Below, one piece after another: positions 52,170-61,428 of a DNA stretch of 64,000 nucleotides. A program made the translations under genes and the position numbers. The stretch is from Oscillospiraceae bacterium (GTDB lineage: Bacteria; Bacillota; Clostridia; Oscillospirales; Oscillospiraceae): positions 295-64,294 of the forward strand of contig JAFSNA010000095.1 in NCBI GenBank assembly GCA_017447645.1, read 5' to 3'. The notes beneath the pieces are model-generated. The model was not told where the DNA came from, searched no databases, and saw only the letters and a program-made list of their open reading frames with translations. Each line of letters starts with the position of its first letter. Positions within the stretch are counted from its first letter, which is position 1.

Positions 52170-53017
52170 CAGGTGGCCTCGTTCTTTTCTTGTTTTTTCT
52201 CGCCGTCGGGCGCGCGGCGGCGGTGCGGCAGGGGAAGGCTCGCGCCGACGTCTATGCCCGTGAGCTGCTTGATGACCCACAGGAAAAACAGCAGCACCAG
52301 CAGCGGGATCACGCAGGAGGTCACGATCATCACGGCCAGGGTCTCGACGAAGCGGTTGATCGCGTCGACGGCCTTGTCGGTCAGCGAGGTCGCGGTCTCG
52401 GAGATCCGGTCGAGGATCGAGGCGATCAGCCCCTCGTCCCCGGCGGCGTCCGCCAGCGGGGCCGTCTCCTCCGAGAGCGCCTCGGCCGTGCTGATCGTCG
52501 TATCGATCGTTTCGCTGTAAGCGCCGTAGATCATGTCCGAGACCTTGAAGCTGACCGGGACGACCAGATACAGCGCGACGCCCACGATCACGAGCTTGAA
52601 GGCAAGGCGGCGCAGCAGCGCGCCCTCGCGCCAGACCGAGAGGATGCCCAGGCCGCAGGCGCAGGGGATCAGCACCTTGAACACGCCCGCGCCGATGACG
52701 CCGAGCAGATACTTTTCCGAATAGAGCACGCAGAGGATCAGCAGGAAGTATTCCGAGAAATCCGCGAGCTTGGCCGCGATCGGCGTGGCCGTGTCGCCCG
52801 GGATGGCCGACACGCCGATGGAGGCCAGCGAGGCCGAGGCCGTCAGCGTGAGCACGTCCTCGGTCTTCTGGTCGATCACGCTGACGGTCGCGGCGTGCGT
52901 CGCGGGCGAGGACGCCTTGTCCGCGAGAAAGAGGAAGGAAAAGACCGCCAGCAGGAGCAGCAGCCCCGTGTACAGCAGCTTTTTGAGCGTGGCTTCCGAA
53001 ATCGACAGGTTTCTCAT
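52169..53017 (-). CDS. Multi-pass membrane hypothetical protein
   Basis: 282 aa with several TM segments. Its stop overlaps the downstream start by 1 nt. Confidence 0.65.
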   Translation of the reverse strand: MRNLSISEATLKKLLYTGLLLLLAVFSFLFLADKASSPATHAATVSVIDQKTEDVLTLTASASLASIGVSAIPGDTATPIAAKLADFSEYFLLILCVLYSEKYLLGVIGAGVFKVLIPCACGLGILSVWREGALLRRLAFKLVIVGVALYLVVPVSFKVSDMIYGAYSETIDTTISTAEALSEETAPLADAAGDEGLIASILDRISETATSLTDKAVDAINRFVETLAVMIVTSCVIPLLVLLFFLWVIKQLTGIDVGASLPLPHRRRAPDGEKKQEKNEAT

Positions 53018-53018
53018 C

Positions 53019-53720
53019 TCATCCCTCCGTATGCCCGAACACCAGCCGGTACTCGCTCAGATCGCAGAGCGTGCCGACCACGTTGTACACCAGCGTGCGC
53101 GCGTTGTCGTCCGCGCGCGTGAGCACGTCGCGGTCCAGAGCCTTTTCGCGCGCGCCGTTCTCCAGCTCGATGAGCGAGTTGTTGAAATCCGCCGCGGAGA
53201 TCGGATTGCCGAGCCCGGCCTTTTCGGAGTAGAGCTTGAAGCTCTCCGGGTCGATGTCTATGTCCGTGATGACGGCCTCGGGCAGGGTGACGGTGATCAG
53301 CTTCGCCTCGTCGTCCTTGACGATCGAGGCCCCGGACAGATCCACGCCCGCGCGCACGACGCCGTCATAGCTCACGAGATAACTCGATTCGGTAAAGGGC
53401 AGGTCGAGCTTCCAGAGCTTTTTCACGCTCGAATAGCTGACGACCTCGGTGAAGTAGTACTCCTCCGTGACGAGCAGGCCCAGCTCGCGCACGCCGTCGG
53501 TCAGCATGGCGGAACTGATCTCCTTTTCCACGGTGACGATCTTCTCCACTTCCTTTTCGCGCACGACGACCTCCTGCGCGGGCCGCGGCGAGACCGTGAC
53601 CGGCGTCTTCGGCCGGCCTGCGCTTCTGACCGCGTAGACGATCAGCAGTACGGCGATCGTCAGAAGCACCAGCGCGATGAGCACCATGAGCAGCTTTGTT
53701 TTCTTTTTGTCCGTGACCAT
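53019..53720 (-). CDS. DUF4230-like membrane-anchored protein
   Basis: N-terminal TM helix. LVTEEYYFTEVVSYS...SYLVSYDGVVRAGVDL pattern. Confidence 0.65.
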   Translation of the reverse strand: MVTDKKKTKLLMVLIALVLLTIAVLLIVYAVRSAGRPKTPVTVSPRPAQEVVVREKEVEKIVTVEKEISSAMLTDGVRELGLLVTEEYYFTEVVSYSSVKKLWKLDLPFTESSYLVSYDGVVRAGVDLSGASIVKDDEAKLITVTLPEAVITDIDIDPESFKLYSEKAGLGNPISAADFNNSLIELENGAREKALDRDVLTRADDNARTLVYNVVGTLCDLSEYRLVFGHTEG

Positions 53721-53786
53721 GGCCGTCCCTCCCGACTGTTGAGATGAAGCTTGAAGGATCAGAATACAGTTATCCTATCACACGAC

Positions 53787-53815
53787 TTGTTTTTCGACAA
53801 GAAAAACTATATAAT
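53787..53815 (+). promoter_or_regulatory. Promoter TTGTTT-17-TATAAT for iorAB
   Basis: Hexamers read directly. CTTGT-n6-ACAAG overlaps the -35. Confidence 0.5.
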
Positions 53816-53869
53816 GGGAAACGGTAAAATCCGGAAAATGCAAAACCGGAAAAGGAGGATTGGTGTACC

Positions 53870-55624
53870 ATGGAAAAGCATCTGCTCTCCGGCAACGAGG
53901 CGATCGCACGGGGAGCGTATGAGGCGGGCGTCAAGGTCTGCTCCGCCTATCCCGGCACCCCCAGCACCGAGATCTTCGAGTCGCTGCCGCAGTACGGCGG
54001 CGCGCTTTACTGCGAGTGGGCGCCGAATGAAAAGGTGGCCACGGAGGTGGCCTACGGCGCGTCGATCGGCGGCGTGAGGAGCCTGTGCGCGATGAAACAC
54101 GTGGGGCTCAACGTCGCGGCCGACCCGCTGTTCACCGCGGCCTACAACGGCGTGCGCGGCGGCTTCGTGATCGTCACGGCCGACGACCCGAGCATGCACT
54201 CGTCCCAGAACGAGCAGGACAACCGTTATTACGCCAGAAGCGCAAAGGTCGCCCTCGTCGAGCCGAGCGATTCGCAGGAGTGCATCGACTTCATGAAGGA
54301 GGCCTACCGCATCTCCGAGACCTTCGACATGCCGGTCATCTTCCGCACGACGACGAACATCTCGCACTCGAAGAGCCTCGTCACCTTCTCGGAGCGCGAG
54401 GAGCATGCGTGCGGGAGCTATGTGCGCGACCAGCGCAAATTCAACTGCGCGCCGGCCAACGCATACCGCAACCACCCGAAGGTGGAGGCGAACCTCAGGG
54501 CCCTGGCCGAGTACGGCGAGACCTGCCCGATCAACAAGGTCGAGCTCCGCGGCGGCAAGGTCGGCGTCATCACGGCCTCGATCGCCTATCAGTACGCCAG
54601 GGACGTCTTCCCGGAGGATACGTCCTTCCTGAAGCTGGGGCTTACGAACCCCCTGCCGATGAAGCTCATCCGCGACTTTGCCTCGAAGGTGGAGAAGCTC
54701 TACGTCATCGAGGAGCTCGAGGGCTTCATGGAAGAGCAGATCAAGGCCGCCGGCATCCCCTGCGTCGGCAAGGAGCTGGTCAGCAATCTCTATGAGCTCA
54801 ACCCCGAGCGCCTGCGCGAGATGCTCTTCTCCGTCAAGCCGGAGGTGAAGGAGCTCCCCGTCAAGGCCGTGCCGCGCCCGCCGGTGCTCTGCCCCGGCTG
54901 CCCGCACCGTGGCTTCTTCTACACGATGTCGAAGGGAAAGGACTTCGTCATTGCCGGCGACATCGGCTGCTACACGCTCGGCGGCGCGGCGCCGTTGGAC
55001 GCGATGGACACCTGCGTGTGCATGGGCGGCGGCTTCTCGATCGCGATGGGCCTGTCCAAGGCCTTTGAGGCCACGGGGGAGAAGAAAAAGATCTTCGGCG
55101 TGGTGGGCGATTCCACCTTCTTCCACAGCGGCATGACCGGCGCGGCCGAGATCCTGTACAACAAGGGCCGGGTCATCCCCGTCGTGCTCGACAACCACAT
55201 CACCGGCATGACCGGCCACCAGGACAACCCCGGCTCCGGCTACACGCTGCAGGGCGAGGTCGCCGCGGCGATCCGGATCGAGGACGTGCTGCGCGCCTAC
55301 GGCTATGAGAACGTGATGATCGTCGATCCGCAGGACCTCGCGGCCATGCAGAAGGCCGTGGACGACGCGCTCGCCTCCGAGACGCCCGCGGCGATCATCT
55401 GCCGCAGGCCCTGCCTGCTGATCAAGCGCATCCGCCACGAAAAGGCGCTGTGCGTCGTCGACCGCGACAAATGCATCGGCTGCAGGAAGTGCCTGAAGGT
55501 CGGCTGTCCGGCCGTGATGATCAAGGACAAAAAGTCCACGATCGACCCCAATCAGTGCGTGGGCTGCACGGTCTGCGCGCAGGTTTGCCCCGTCGGGGCG
55601 ATCTCCAGAAAGGAGGGCAAGTGA
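53870..55624 (+). CDS. iorA: Indolepyruvate:ferredoxin oxidoreductase alpha subunit
   Basis: 584 aa. GNEAIARGAYEAGV..., GDIGCYTLG, and C-terminal 2x CxxCxxCxxxCP. Confidence 0.9.
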   Translation: MEKHLLSGNEAIARGAYEAGVKVCSAYPGTPSTEIFESLPQYGGALYCEWAPNEKVATEVAYGASIGGVRSLCAMKHVGLNVAADPLFTAAYNGVRGGFVIVTADDPSMHSSQNEQDNRYYARSAKVALVEPSDSQECIDFMKEAYRISETFDMPVIFRTTTNISHSKSLVTFSEREEHACGSYVRDQRKFNCAPANAYRNHPKVEANLRALAEYGETCPINKVELRGGKVGVITASIAYQYARDVFPEDTSFLKLGLTNPLPMKLIRDFASKVEKLYVIEELEGFMEEQIKAAGIPCVGKELVSNLYELNPERLREMLFSVKPEVKELPVKAVPRPPVLCPGCPHRGFFYTMSKGKDFVIAGDIGCYTLGGAAPLDAMDTCVCMGGGFSIAMGLSKAFEATGEKKKIFGVVGDSTFFHSGMTGAAEILYNKGRVIPVVLDNHITGMTGHQDNPGSGYTLQGEVAAAIRIEDVLRAYGYENVMIVDPQDLAAMQKAVDDALASETPAAIICRRPCLLIKRIRHEKALCVVDRDKCIGCRKCLKVGCPAVMIKDKKSTIDPNQCVGCTVCAQVCPVGAISRKEGK

Positions 55625-56202
55625 TGGCCGTCAAGCATGCGATTTTGGTCGGCGTCGGCGGTCAGGGCGCGATCCTGACGGCAAAGGTGCTGGTGAACGG
55701 CCTGATGAAGGCCGGCTACGACGTCAAAATGTCCGAGGTCCACGGCATGAGCCAGCGCGGCGGCAGCGTCTCGACCCAGGTGCACTGGGGCGAGAAGGTC
55801 TACTCCCCGCTGATCGGCCCGGGCGCGGCGGACATCCTCGTCGCCTTCGAAAAGATGGAGGCCGTGCGCTACGCAAGCTTCCTCAAGCCGGACGGCGTGG
55901 CCGTCATCAACGACTACGAGCAGCCCTCCGCCACGATCGCGGCGGGCCTGGCCGAATACCCGGCGGGCTGTCTCGAGGCCATGCAGGCGAACTTCAAATG
56001 CTGCACGCTCGACGCGGCGAAGATCGCCGAAGAGCTGGGCAATCCCAAGTGCATGAACATCGTGCTCTTCGGCGCGCTGACGCATGCACTGGGGCTGGAG
56101 GATATCGACTGGGAAGAGGTCATCCGCGAGACCGTCCCGCCGAAGTTCCTCGAGCTGAACCTGAAAGCCTACCGCGCCGGCCGCGCCGCCGCGGCGGAGT
56201 GA
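55624..56202 (+). CDS. iorB: Indolepyruvate:ferredoxin oxidoreductase beta subunit
   Basis: ILVGVGGQGAILTAKVL. ATGA-type overlap with iorA. Confidence 0.85.
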   Translation: MAVKHAILVGVGGQGAILTAKVLVNGLMKAGYDVKMSEVHGMSQRGGSVSTQVHWGEKVYSPLIGPGAADILVAFEKMEAVRYASFLKPDGVAVINDYEQPSATIAAGLAEYPAGCLEAMQANFKCCTLDAAKIAEELGNPKCMNIVLFGALTHALGLEDIDWEEVIRETVPPKFLELNLKAYRAGRAAAAE

Positions 56203-56217
56203 TCCGAAACAAAACGA

Positions 56218-56250
56218 AGAGGGAAGCCGTTTCCGGCTTCCCTCTTTTTT
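56218..56250 (+). terminator. iorB terminator
   Basis: AGAGGGAAGCCG-tttc-CGGCTTCCCTCT followed by TTTTT. Near-identical to the hairpin at 59995-60024. Confidence 0.85.
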
Positions 56251-56300
56251 GCTTTTCCGGCGCGAAACGCTCTCTTCACGATTCTTAAGAATTCCGGTGG

Positions 56301-56347
56301 TTGACAATTGTAGTCTGCAGCGTTATGATGCGCTTGTACAGACTACA
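56301..56347 (+). promoter_or_regulatory. Promoter TTGACA-17-TATGAT with flanking inverted repeat TGTAGTCTG ... CAGACTACA (candidate BlaI-type operator)
   Basis: Read directly. Half-sites at 56309-56317 and 56339-56347. Confidence 0.6.
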
Positions 56348-56376
56348 CGTGTAATCTCTTTAAGGAGGAAACGACC

Positions 56377-56754
56377 ATGTCTCATGTGCCGGCCGACAAG
56401 ATCTCCGATTCCGAGCTGGAGGTCATGAAAGTGCTTTGGCGGGCGGAGGACGCTCTGCCTGTCAACGTGATCCGCGAAACGCTGCAGAAGGACCGCGGCT
56501 GGGAGCCCACCACGGTCAAAACGCTGATCGGGCGTCTCGTTTCCAAGGGCGCGATCCGGCAGGAAAAGCGAAACGTCTTCTACTATTCCCCGCTGATCGG
56601 CGAGGAGGAGTATAACGCCTGGGCCACGGACAGCCTGATCCGCAAACTCTATCACGGCAGCGCCCGCGACCTCGTCGCCGCGCTCGTCCAGTCGGAAGGA
56701 CTGAGCCGGGAGGACATCGAGGAGCTGCGGAACATGTTCCGCGTGGAGGAATAA
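56377..56754 (+). CDS. BlaI/MecI/CopY-family transcriptional repressor
   Basis: ISDSELEVMKVLW...TVKTLIGRLVSKGAI.... Confidence 0.85.
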   Translation: MSHVPADKISDSELEVMKVLWRAEDALPVNVIRETLQKDRGWEPTTVKTLIGRLVSKGAIRQEKRNVFYYSPLIGEEEYNAWATDSLIRKLYHGSARDLVAALVQSEGLSREDIEELRNMFRVEE

Positions 56755-56760
56755 AAAAGC

Positions 56761-59700
56761 ATGGACCTGCTGCTGTACATGACGCTCGGCGGCAGCGCGC
56801 TGGCTCTTTTGCTGCTGGCTCTGCGCTATCTGATCTTCCGCAAAATGCCGAGCACGGTGTATTACTACGCCTGGCTGCTGGTGCTGCTTCGCTTCGCGCT
56901 GCCGCTGCCCGGGCTGGTGCCGACGGAGGCGCGGAAAGCGGAGAGCCTTCCCGCCGCGCCGGCGTATTCCGCCGCGCCCTTTGAGGGAGATACGGAGCCA
57001 TACGCCTTCACCATGCCGGAAAAGACGGCGGCGCCCAAAGCTCCGGCGCCGACGGGAACGGAGGCAGCTCAGGCCGAGGCCGTTCCCGCCGCCGTCAGCC
57101 CCGCGGCGCCCCGTGCCTCGATCAGCTTTGACTGGCGTTCTCCCGCGCTGTGGCTGTCGGTCTGGGCCGTGGGCGCGGTATTCTGCCTCGGCATCACGGT
57201 CTGCGCCTACCTCACCTTCACGCGTCGGCTGAGCCATACGCTTCGCCGGCCCGATCCCTTTACGGCCGCGCTCTACGGCGCCATCCCGGGCAAAAAGCCG
57301 TCGCTTTGGCGCAGCCGTGCGGTCGGGACGCCGCTGATGTACGGTCTCCTTGCGCCGAAGATCGTTCTGCCGGACCGGGACTGGAGCGAGGAACAGCTCG
57401 GCAACATCCTGCGCCACGAGCTGACGCACTGGCGCCGCCGCGACACGGCGTACAAATGGCTGGCGGTGCTCGTCCTCAGCGCGCACTGGTTCAATCCGCT
57501 GAGCTGGCTTGTCCGCCGCGAGATCTCCCGCGCCTGCGAGCTGAGCTGCGACGAGACGCTGCTGCGCGGCATGTCGCGCAGCGAAAAGCAGAGCTACGGC
57601 CATACGCTTCTGAATATGGCGGCCTCCGGCGCGCTCCCCGCCGGCGTCGTCGCCACGACCTTCTCGACCGAGAAGAAAAACCTCAAAGAAAGATTGGAGC
57701 AGATCATGACTTATAAGAAAAGCGCGGGGCGCGTGATCGCCGCCGTGCTGACGCTTGCGCTGCTCGCGGGCTGCGGCGCGGCCGCCGGACCCGCCGCGGG
57801 GAAGACGGAGGACGTCTCCGTCCCCGAGGGCACCGACGCCGTCCGCGTGAGCAGCATCGATGAATTCCTGGCGGCAGTCGCGCCGCACACGCTCATCCTC
57901 CTCGACGAGGGCGAATATGACCTTTCCTCCGCCGCGGACTACGGCGAGAGCGACAGCCCCTACTATTCCTGGACGCTCGTGGAAAATGCGAACGGCCGTC
58001 CCGGCTACGAGCTCGTGATCCACGACGTCGACGAACTGAGCATCTTCGGCTCCGGCATGGACAAAACGACGATCTCCGCCGGGCCGCGCTATGCCAACGT
58101 CCTGAAATTTGCGGGCTGCCGCGGGCTCACCCTCTCCGAGCTGACCGCCGGGCACACGAAGGAGCCCGGCTTCTGCCGGGGCGGCGTGGTCGCCCTGGAG
58201 AACTGCGGCGAGGTCTCCGTACTGTACTGCGGTCTCTACGGCTGCGGAACGGTAGGCGTGAACGCCGCCGACTGCAGCGATCTGAGCGTGGCGGGCTGCC
58301 GCATTTACGAGTGCAGCAATTTTGCCGTCAACGCCGCACGCTGCCTCAACGTGCGCGTGACGGACAACGAGGTATACCGCCACGGTGTGCGCGAGGGGCA
58401 GGGTTCCGCGGTAGCGCTCTTCTGCGCCGCCAATACCGACGGCTTCGTAATCAGCGGGAACAGCGTGTACGAAAGCGCCGCGCAGTATCTGCTGGCGAGC
58501 GCCTATACGAAAAACGCCTTTTTCCTGACGAACGACGTGCACGACAACCGCTTTGAATCCGCCGTGTTCAGCTTCGGCCAGTACCCCGGCGTCGTGGACG
58601 GCTGCGTCTTCCGCAGCAACAGCGGCGCAGACGGCGGCGAAAAGCCGCTCTGGACGCCGAGCCGCGAGTTCGATATCGTCGACCGGAACGGCGAATCGCT
58701 CTCCGACGCCGCGCTCGAGGCGATGACGCTCGAGGAGATCGACCCCAACAGCGTTTTTCCGCCCGTTCAGGCGGAGCAGGCCGCCGTGGTCCCCACGGGC
58801 GAGGAGATCCCGGTCTCGACGGCGGACGAATTCCTCAAGGCCATCGGGCCGGACCGCACGATCGTGCTCAAGGGCGAGCTCTTCGACCTCTCGGAGGCCG
58901 CGAACTACGGCTCAAAGGGCGGGGAGTATTACTACTGGAAGCAGACCTTCGACGGGCCCGGGCTGGTGATCAAGGGCGTGAAGGGCCTCGCGATCCGGGC
59001 GGAATCGGACGCGCCGCGAGAGACGACGATTTCCGCCGTGCCGCGCTACGCCGACGTGCTGAGCTTTGTCGACTGTGAGGACATCACGCTCTCCGGCTTC
59101 ACCGCGGGCCACACGAAGGAGCCCGGCGCCTGCTCCGGCGGCGTGCTGCTGTTTGAAAACTGCAGCGGCGTGCTGATCGAGCGCTGCCGTCTCTTCGGCT
59201 GCGGCATCCTCGGACTGCATACGCGGAACTGCCGGGATCTGCGGGTCGAATCGACCAAAATCTACGAGTGCTCGCAGGGCGCGGGCGCCTTCTACGGTAC
59301 CGACGGGATCGCCTTCTCCGGCTGCGTCGTTACGGACGTGCCCTCGCCCGCGTTTTACTTTGAAGGATGCAGCAGCGTGAGCTGGAACGGCGAGGCGCTC
59401 GTCGGCACGCGCTTCGATATCGGCGAGAACCAGACGCCCGTCGACCCGGCGTCCGGCCTTGCGGCGGAGGAAGCACTGCGGGCGCGGAAGCGGGAGGTGG
59501 ATCTGGCCTCTCCCGCGTCGATCGCGGAGCTGGAAAACCCTCACTTTTACGACCCGGCCCATTCCTATGATCCGAACAGCCCGACCATGCTCTTTGCCGA
59601 AGAGATCCGGCGCCTGATCGCGGACGGCGACTGGGAGGCCCTGTCGAAAAAGATGTATTACCCGCTGGCGGTCTATTCCGGCGAGAACAGCTTCCACCTC

Positions 59701-59979
59701 TGGACGGAGACCGAGTTCGTCAACTCCATGCGGGATGAGGGTTTTTGCGAAAAGAACGGGATCGAGGGCTTCCGGCAGCGCGTCGCCGCCGCGTCGCTCG
59801 ACGAGTTCGGCGAATGTATCTACGGGGACACCTTCTGCGACCATCTGATCGCCCTTTTCCCCGTTGGAGATCCTACGGACCCGGGGAATCTCCGCGTGAG
59901 CTGCCTGTCCCTGCAGACGCCGCTCTGGCCCGGCAACCCCGCCCATGCTGAGGCCGTGCTGCCGACGCCCGGACCCTGA
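56761..59979 (+). CDS. BlaR1-like M56 metallopeptidase signal transducer with large non-canonical extracellular region
   Basis: The RHELTHW zinc motif lies within the first ~315 aa. It is followed by MTYKKSAGRVIAAVLTLALLAGC and two homologous ~180-aa Cys-rich modules. Confidence 0.8.
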   Translation: MDLLLYMTLGGSALALLLLALRYLIFRKMPSTVYYYAWLLVLLRFALPLPGLVPTEARKAESLPAAPAYSAAPFEGDTEPYAFTMPEKTAAPKAPAPTGTEAAQAEAVPAAVSPAAPRASISFDWRSPALWLSVWAVGAVFCLGITVCAYLTFTRRLSHTLRRPDPFTAALYGAIPGKKPSLWRSRAVGTPLMYGLLAPKIVLPDRDWSEEQLGNILRHELTHWRRRDTAYKWLAVLVLSAHWFNPLSWLVRREISRACELSCDETLLRGMSRSEKQSYGHTLLNMAASGALPAGVVATTFSTEKKNLKERLEQIMTYKKSAGRVIAAVLTLALLAGCGAAAGPAAGKTEDVSVPEGTDAVRVSSIDEFLAAVAPHTLILLDEGEYDLSSAADYGESDSPYYSWTLVENANGRPGYELVIHDVDELSIFGSGMDKTTISAGPRYANVLKFAGCRGLTLSELTAGHTKEPGFCRGGVVALENCGEVSVLYCGLYGCGTVGVNAADCSDLSVAGCRIYECSNFAVNAARCLNVRVTDNEVYRHGVREGQGSAVALFCAANTDGFVISGNSVYESAAQYLLASAYTKNAFFLTNDVHDNRFESAVFSFGQYPGVVDGCVFRSNSGADGGEKPLWTPSREFDIVDRNGESLSDAALEAMTLEEIDPNSVFPPVQAEQAAVVPTGEEIPVSTADEFLKAIGPDRTIVLKGELFDLSEAANYGSKGGEYYYWKQTFDGPGLVIKGVKGLAIRAESDAPRETTISAVPRYADVLSFVDCEDITLSGFTAGHTKEPGACSGGVLLFENCSGVLIERCRLFGCGILGLHTRNCRDLRVESTKIYECSQGAGAFYGTDGIAFSGCVVTDVPSPAFYFEGCSSVSWNGEALVGTRFDIGENQTPVDPASGLAAEEALRARKREVDLASPASIAELENPHFYDPAHSYDPNSPTMLFAEEIRRLIADGDWEALSKKMYYPLAVYSGENSFHLWTETEFVNSMRDEGFCEKNGIEGFRQRVAAASLDEFGECIYGDTFCDHLIALFPVGDPTDPGNLRVSCLSLQTPLWPGNPAHAEAVLPTPGP

Positions 59980-59994
59980 TACGAACAAAAGCAA

Positions 59995-60030
59995 GAAGAG
60001 GGAAACCGTTGGGCTTCCCTCTTCGTTTTT
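59995..60030. terminator. Bidirectional terminator
   Basis: GAAGAGGGAA-accgttgggc-TTCCCTCTTC followed by GTTTTT. Confidence 0.8.
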
Positions 60031-60036
60031 CTTTTT

Positions 60037-60654
60037 TCAGTTTTTGTCCGGCGGGAAGAAGCCCTCGACGGAGAGCTGGCCGGCCTGGGCGCGGATCTTC
60101 TTTTTCCAGCAGCGGTGGCACATCGCGACGTAGCTGTCGTTGCCGCCGAGCAGGATCTGGCCGCCGCTCGTGACGATGCGGCCGGACGCGTCGATGCGGG
60201 CGTTGACCGTGGCCTTGCTGCCGCAGGAACACACGGTCTTGATCTCGGTCAGCGAATCGGCCAGCTCCATGAGGCGCTGCGAGCCGGGGAAGAAGCGCGT
60301 CAGAAAATCGGTGCGCAGCCCGAAGCAGAGCACGGGGATGTCCTCCTCGTCGACGAGGGCGCGCAGCTGGTCGATCTGCGCGGGGGTGAAGAACTGGGCC
60401 TCGTCGGAGATGATCACGTCGTAGGCGCCGATCTTCCGGTATTCCGCGGCGATGTCCTGCTCGGGCGTGATGATCTGCGCGTGGGCCTCGAGCCCAATGC
60501 GGCTGCGGATCAGGTCCGCGCCGTCGCGGGTGTCGACGCTGGGCTTGATGAGCCAGACGCGCATGCCCTTTTCCTCGTAATTGAATTTGGTGATCAGCGC
60601 TTGGGCCGACTTGGACGAGCCCATCGCGCCGTATTTGAAATACAGCTTCGCCAC
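60037..60654 (-). CDS. tdk: Thymidine kinase
   Basis: GTG start gives VAKLYFKYGAMGSSKS (compare E. coli MAQLYFYYSAMNAGKS). RBS GAGGAG inside the udk end. C-terminal Cys cluster. Confidence 0.85.
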   Translation of the reverse strand: MAKLYFKYGAMGSSKSAQALITKFNYEEKGMRVWLIKPSVDTRDGADLIRSRIGLEAHAQIITPEQDIAAEYRKIGAYDVIISDEAQFFTPAQIDQLRALVDEEDIPVLCFGLRTDFLTRFFPGSQRLMELADSLTEIKTVCSCGSKATVNARIDASGRIVTSGGQILLGGNDSYVAMCHRCWKKKIRAQAGQLSVEGFFPPDKN

Positions 60655-60661
60655 TCTTTTT

Positions 60662-61288
60662 TTACTCCTCTTCGCCGAAAATGTGGGCACGGACGCGGGA
60701 GACGACCATGCGCATCGCGACCTGGTTGTGCCCGCCCTCGGGGATGATCAGGTCGGCGTAGCGCTTGCTGGGCTCGACGAACTGCTCGTGCATGGGCTTG
60801 ACGGTCATGAGATACTGGTCGATCACGCTCTCGAGGCTGCGGCCGCGGTCGCGCACGTCGCGCCGGATGCGGCGCAGGATGCGCACGTCGGCGTCGGTGT
60901 CGACGTAAAGCTTGATGTCCATGAGCTCGCGCAGCTCCGGCACGGCGTAGATGAGGATGCCCTCGACGATGACGACCTTCGCGCTCTTGACGACGATCGT
61001 CTTGTCGCTGCGGTCGTGGATCGAGTAGTCGTAGATCGGGCAGACGACGTCCTTCCCCGCCTTGAGGTCGCGCACGGCCTGAACGAACAGCTCGTTGTCG
61101 AAGGCGTCGGGATGGTCATAGTTGAGCTTGGCGCGCTCCTCATAGGGCATGTCGTGGTGCGCCTTGTAGTAGTTGTCGTGGTAGATGACGGAGACCTCTC
61201 CGCCGAAGCGCTGCATCAGCTTTTTGGTGATCGTGGTCTTGCCGCTGCCGGTGCCGCCGGCCAGGCCGATGATCATGACGTCGCTCAT
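60662..61288 (-). CDS. udk: Uridine kinase
   Basis: IGLAGGTGSGKTT P-loop. YDHPDAFD motif. Confidence 0.9.
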   Translation of the reverse strand: MSDVMIIGLAGGTGSGKTTITKKLMQRFGGEVSVIYHDNYYKAHHDMPYEERAKLNYDHPDAFDNELFVQAVRDLKAGKDVVCPIYDYSIHDRSDKTIVVKSAKVVIVEGILIYAVPELRELMDIKLYVDTDADVRILRRIRRDVRDRGRSLESVIDQYLMTVKPMHEQFVEPSKRYADLIIPEGGHNQVAMRMVVSRVRAHIFGEEE

Positions 61289-61356
61289 ATCGCATTTCCT
61301 CCCGCGCGTGTTTCTGTTTTCGCCTTATTCTATCACAGCTCCGCCGCCGTTTCAAT

Positions 61357-61385
61357 TTGACTTTTATATTTTGTCCCATTATAAT
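61357..61385 (+). promoter_or_regulatory. Promoter TTGACT-17-TATAAT for deoD
   Basis: Hexamers read directly. Confidence 0.6.
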
Positions 61386-61428
61386 TGCAGACAAGAAAGC
61401 TCATTTTTTCTCAACGGAGGTATAAGCC

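Noticed and set aside
56323-58542. 739-aa minus-strand ORF
   Set aside because: Antisense to the blaI/blaR1-like genes, with a low-complexity product.
56218-60030. Whether the similar AGAGGGAA...TTCCCTCT terminators (also at 47631) mark a mobile unit
   Set aside because: Kept only as a side note in the BlaR1 finding. Three similar hairpins could equally reflect a favoured terminator sequence in this genome, and no recombinase or target duplication is visible.
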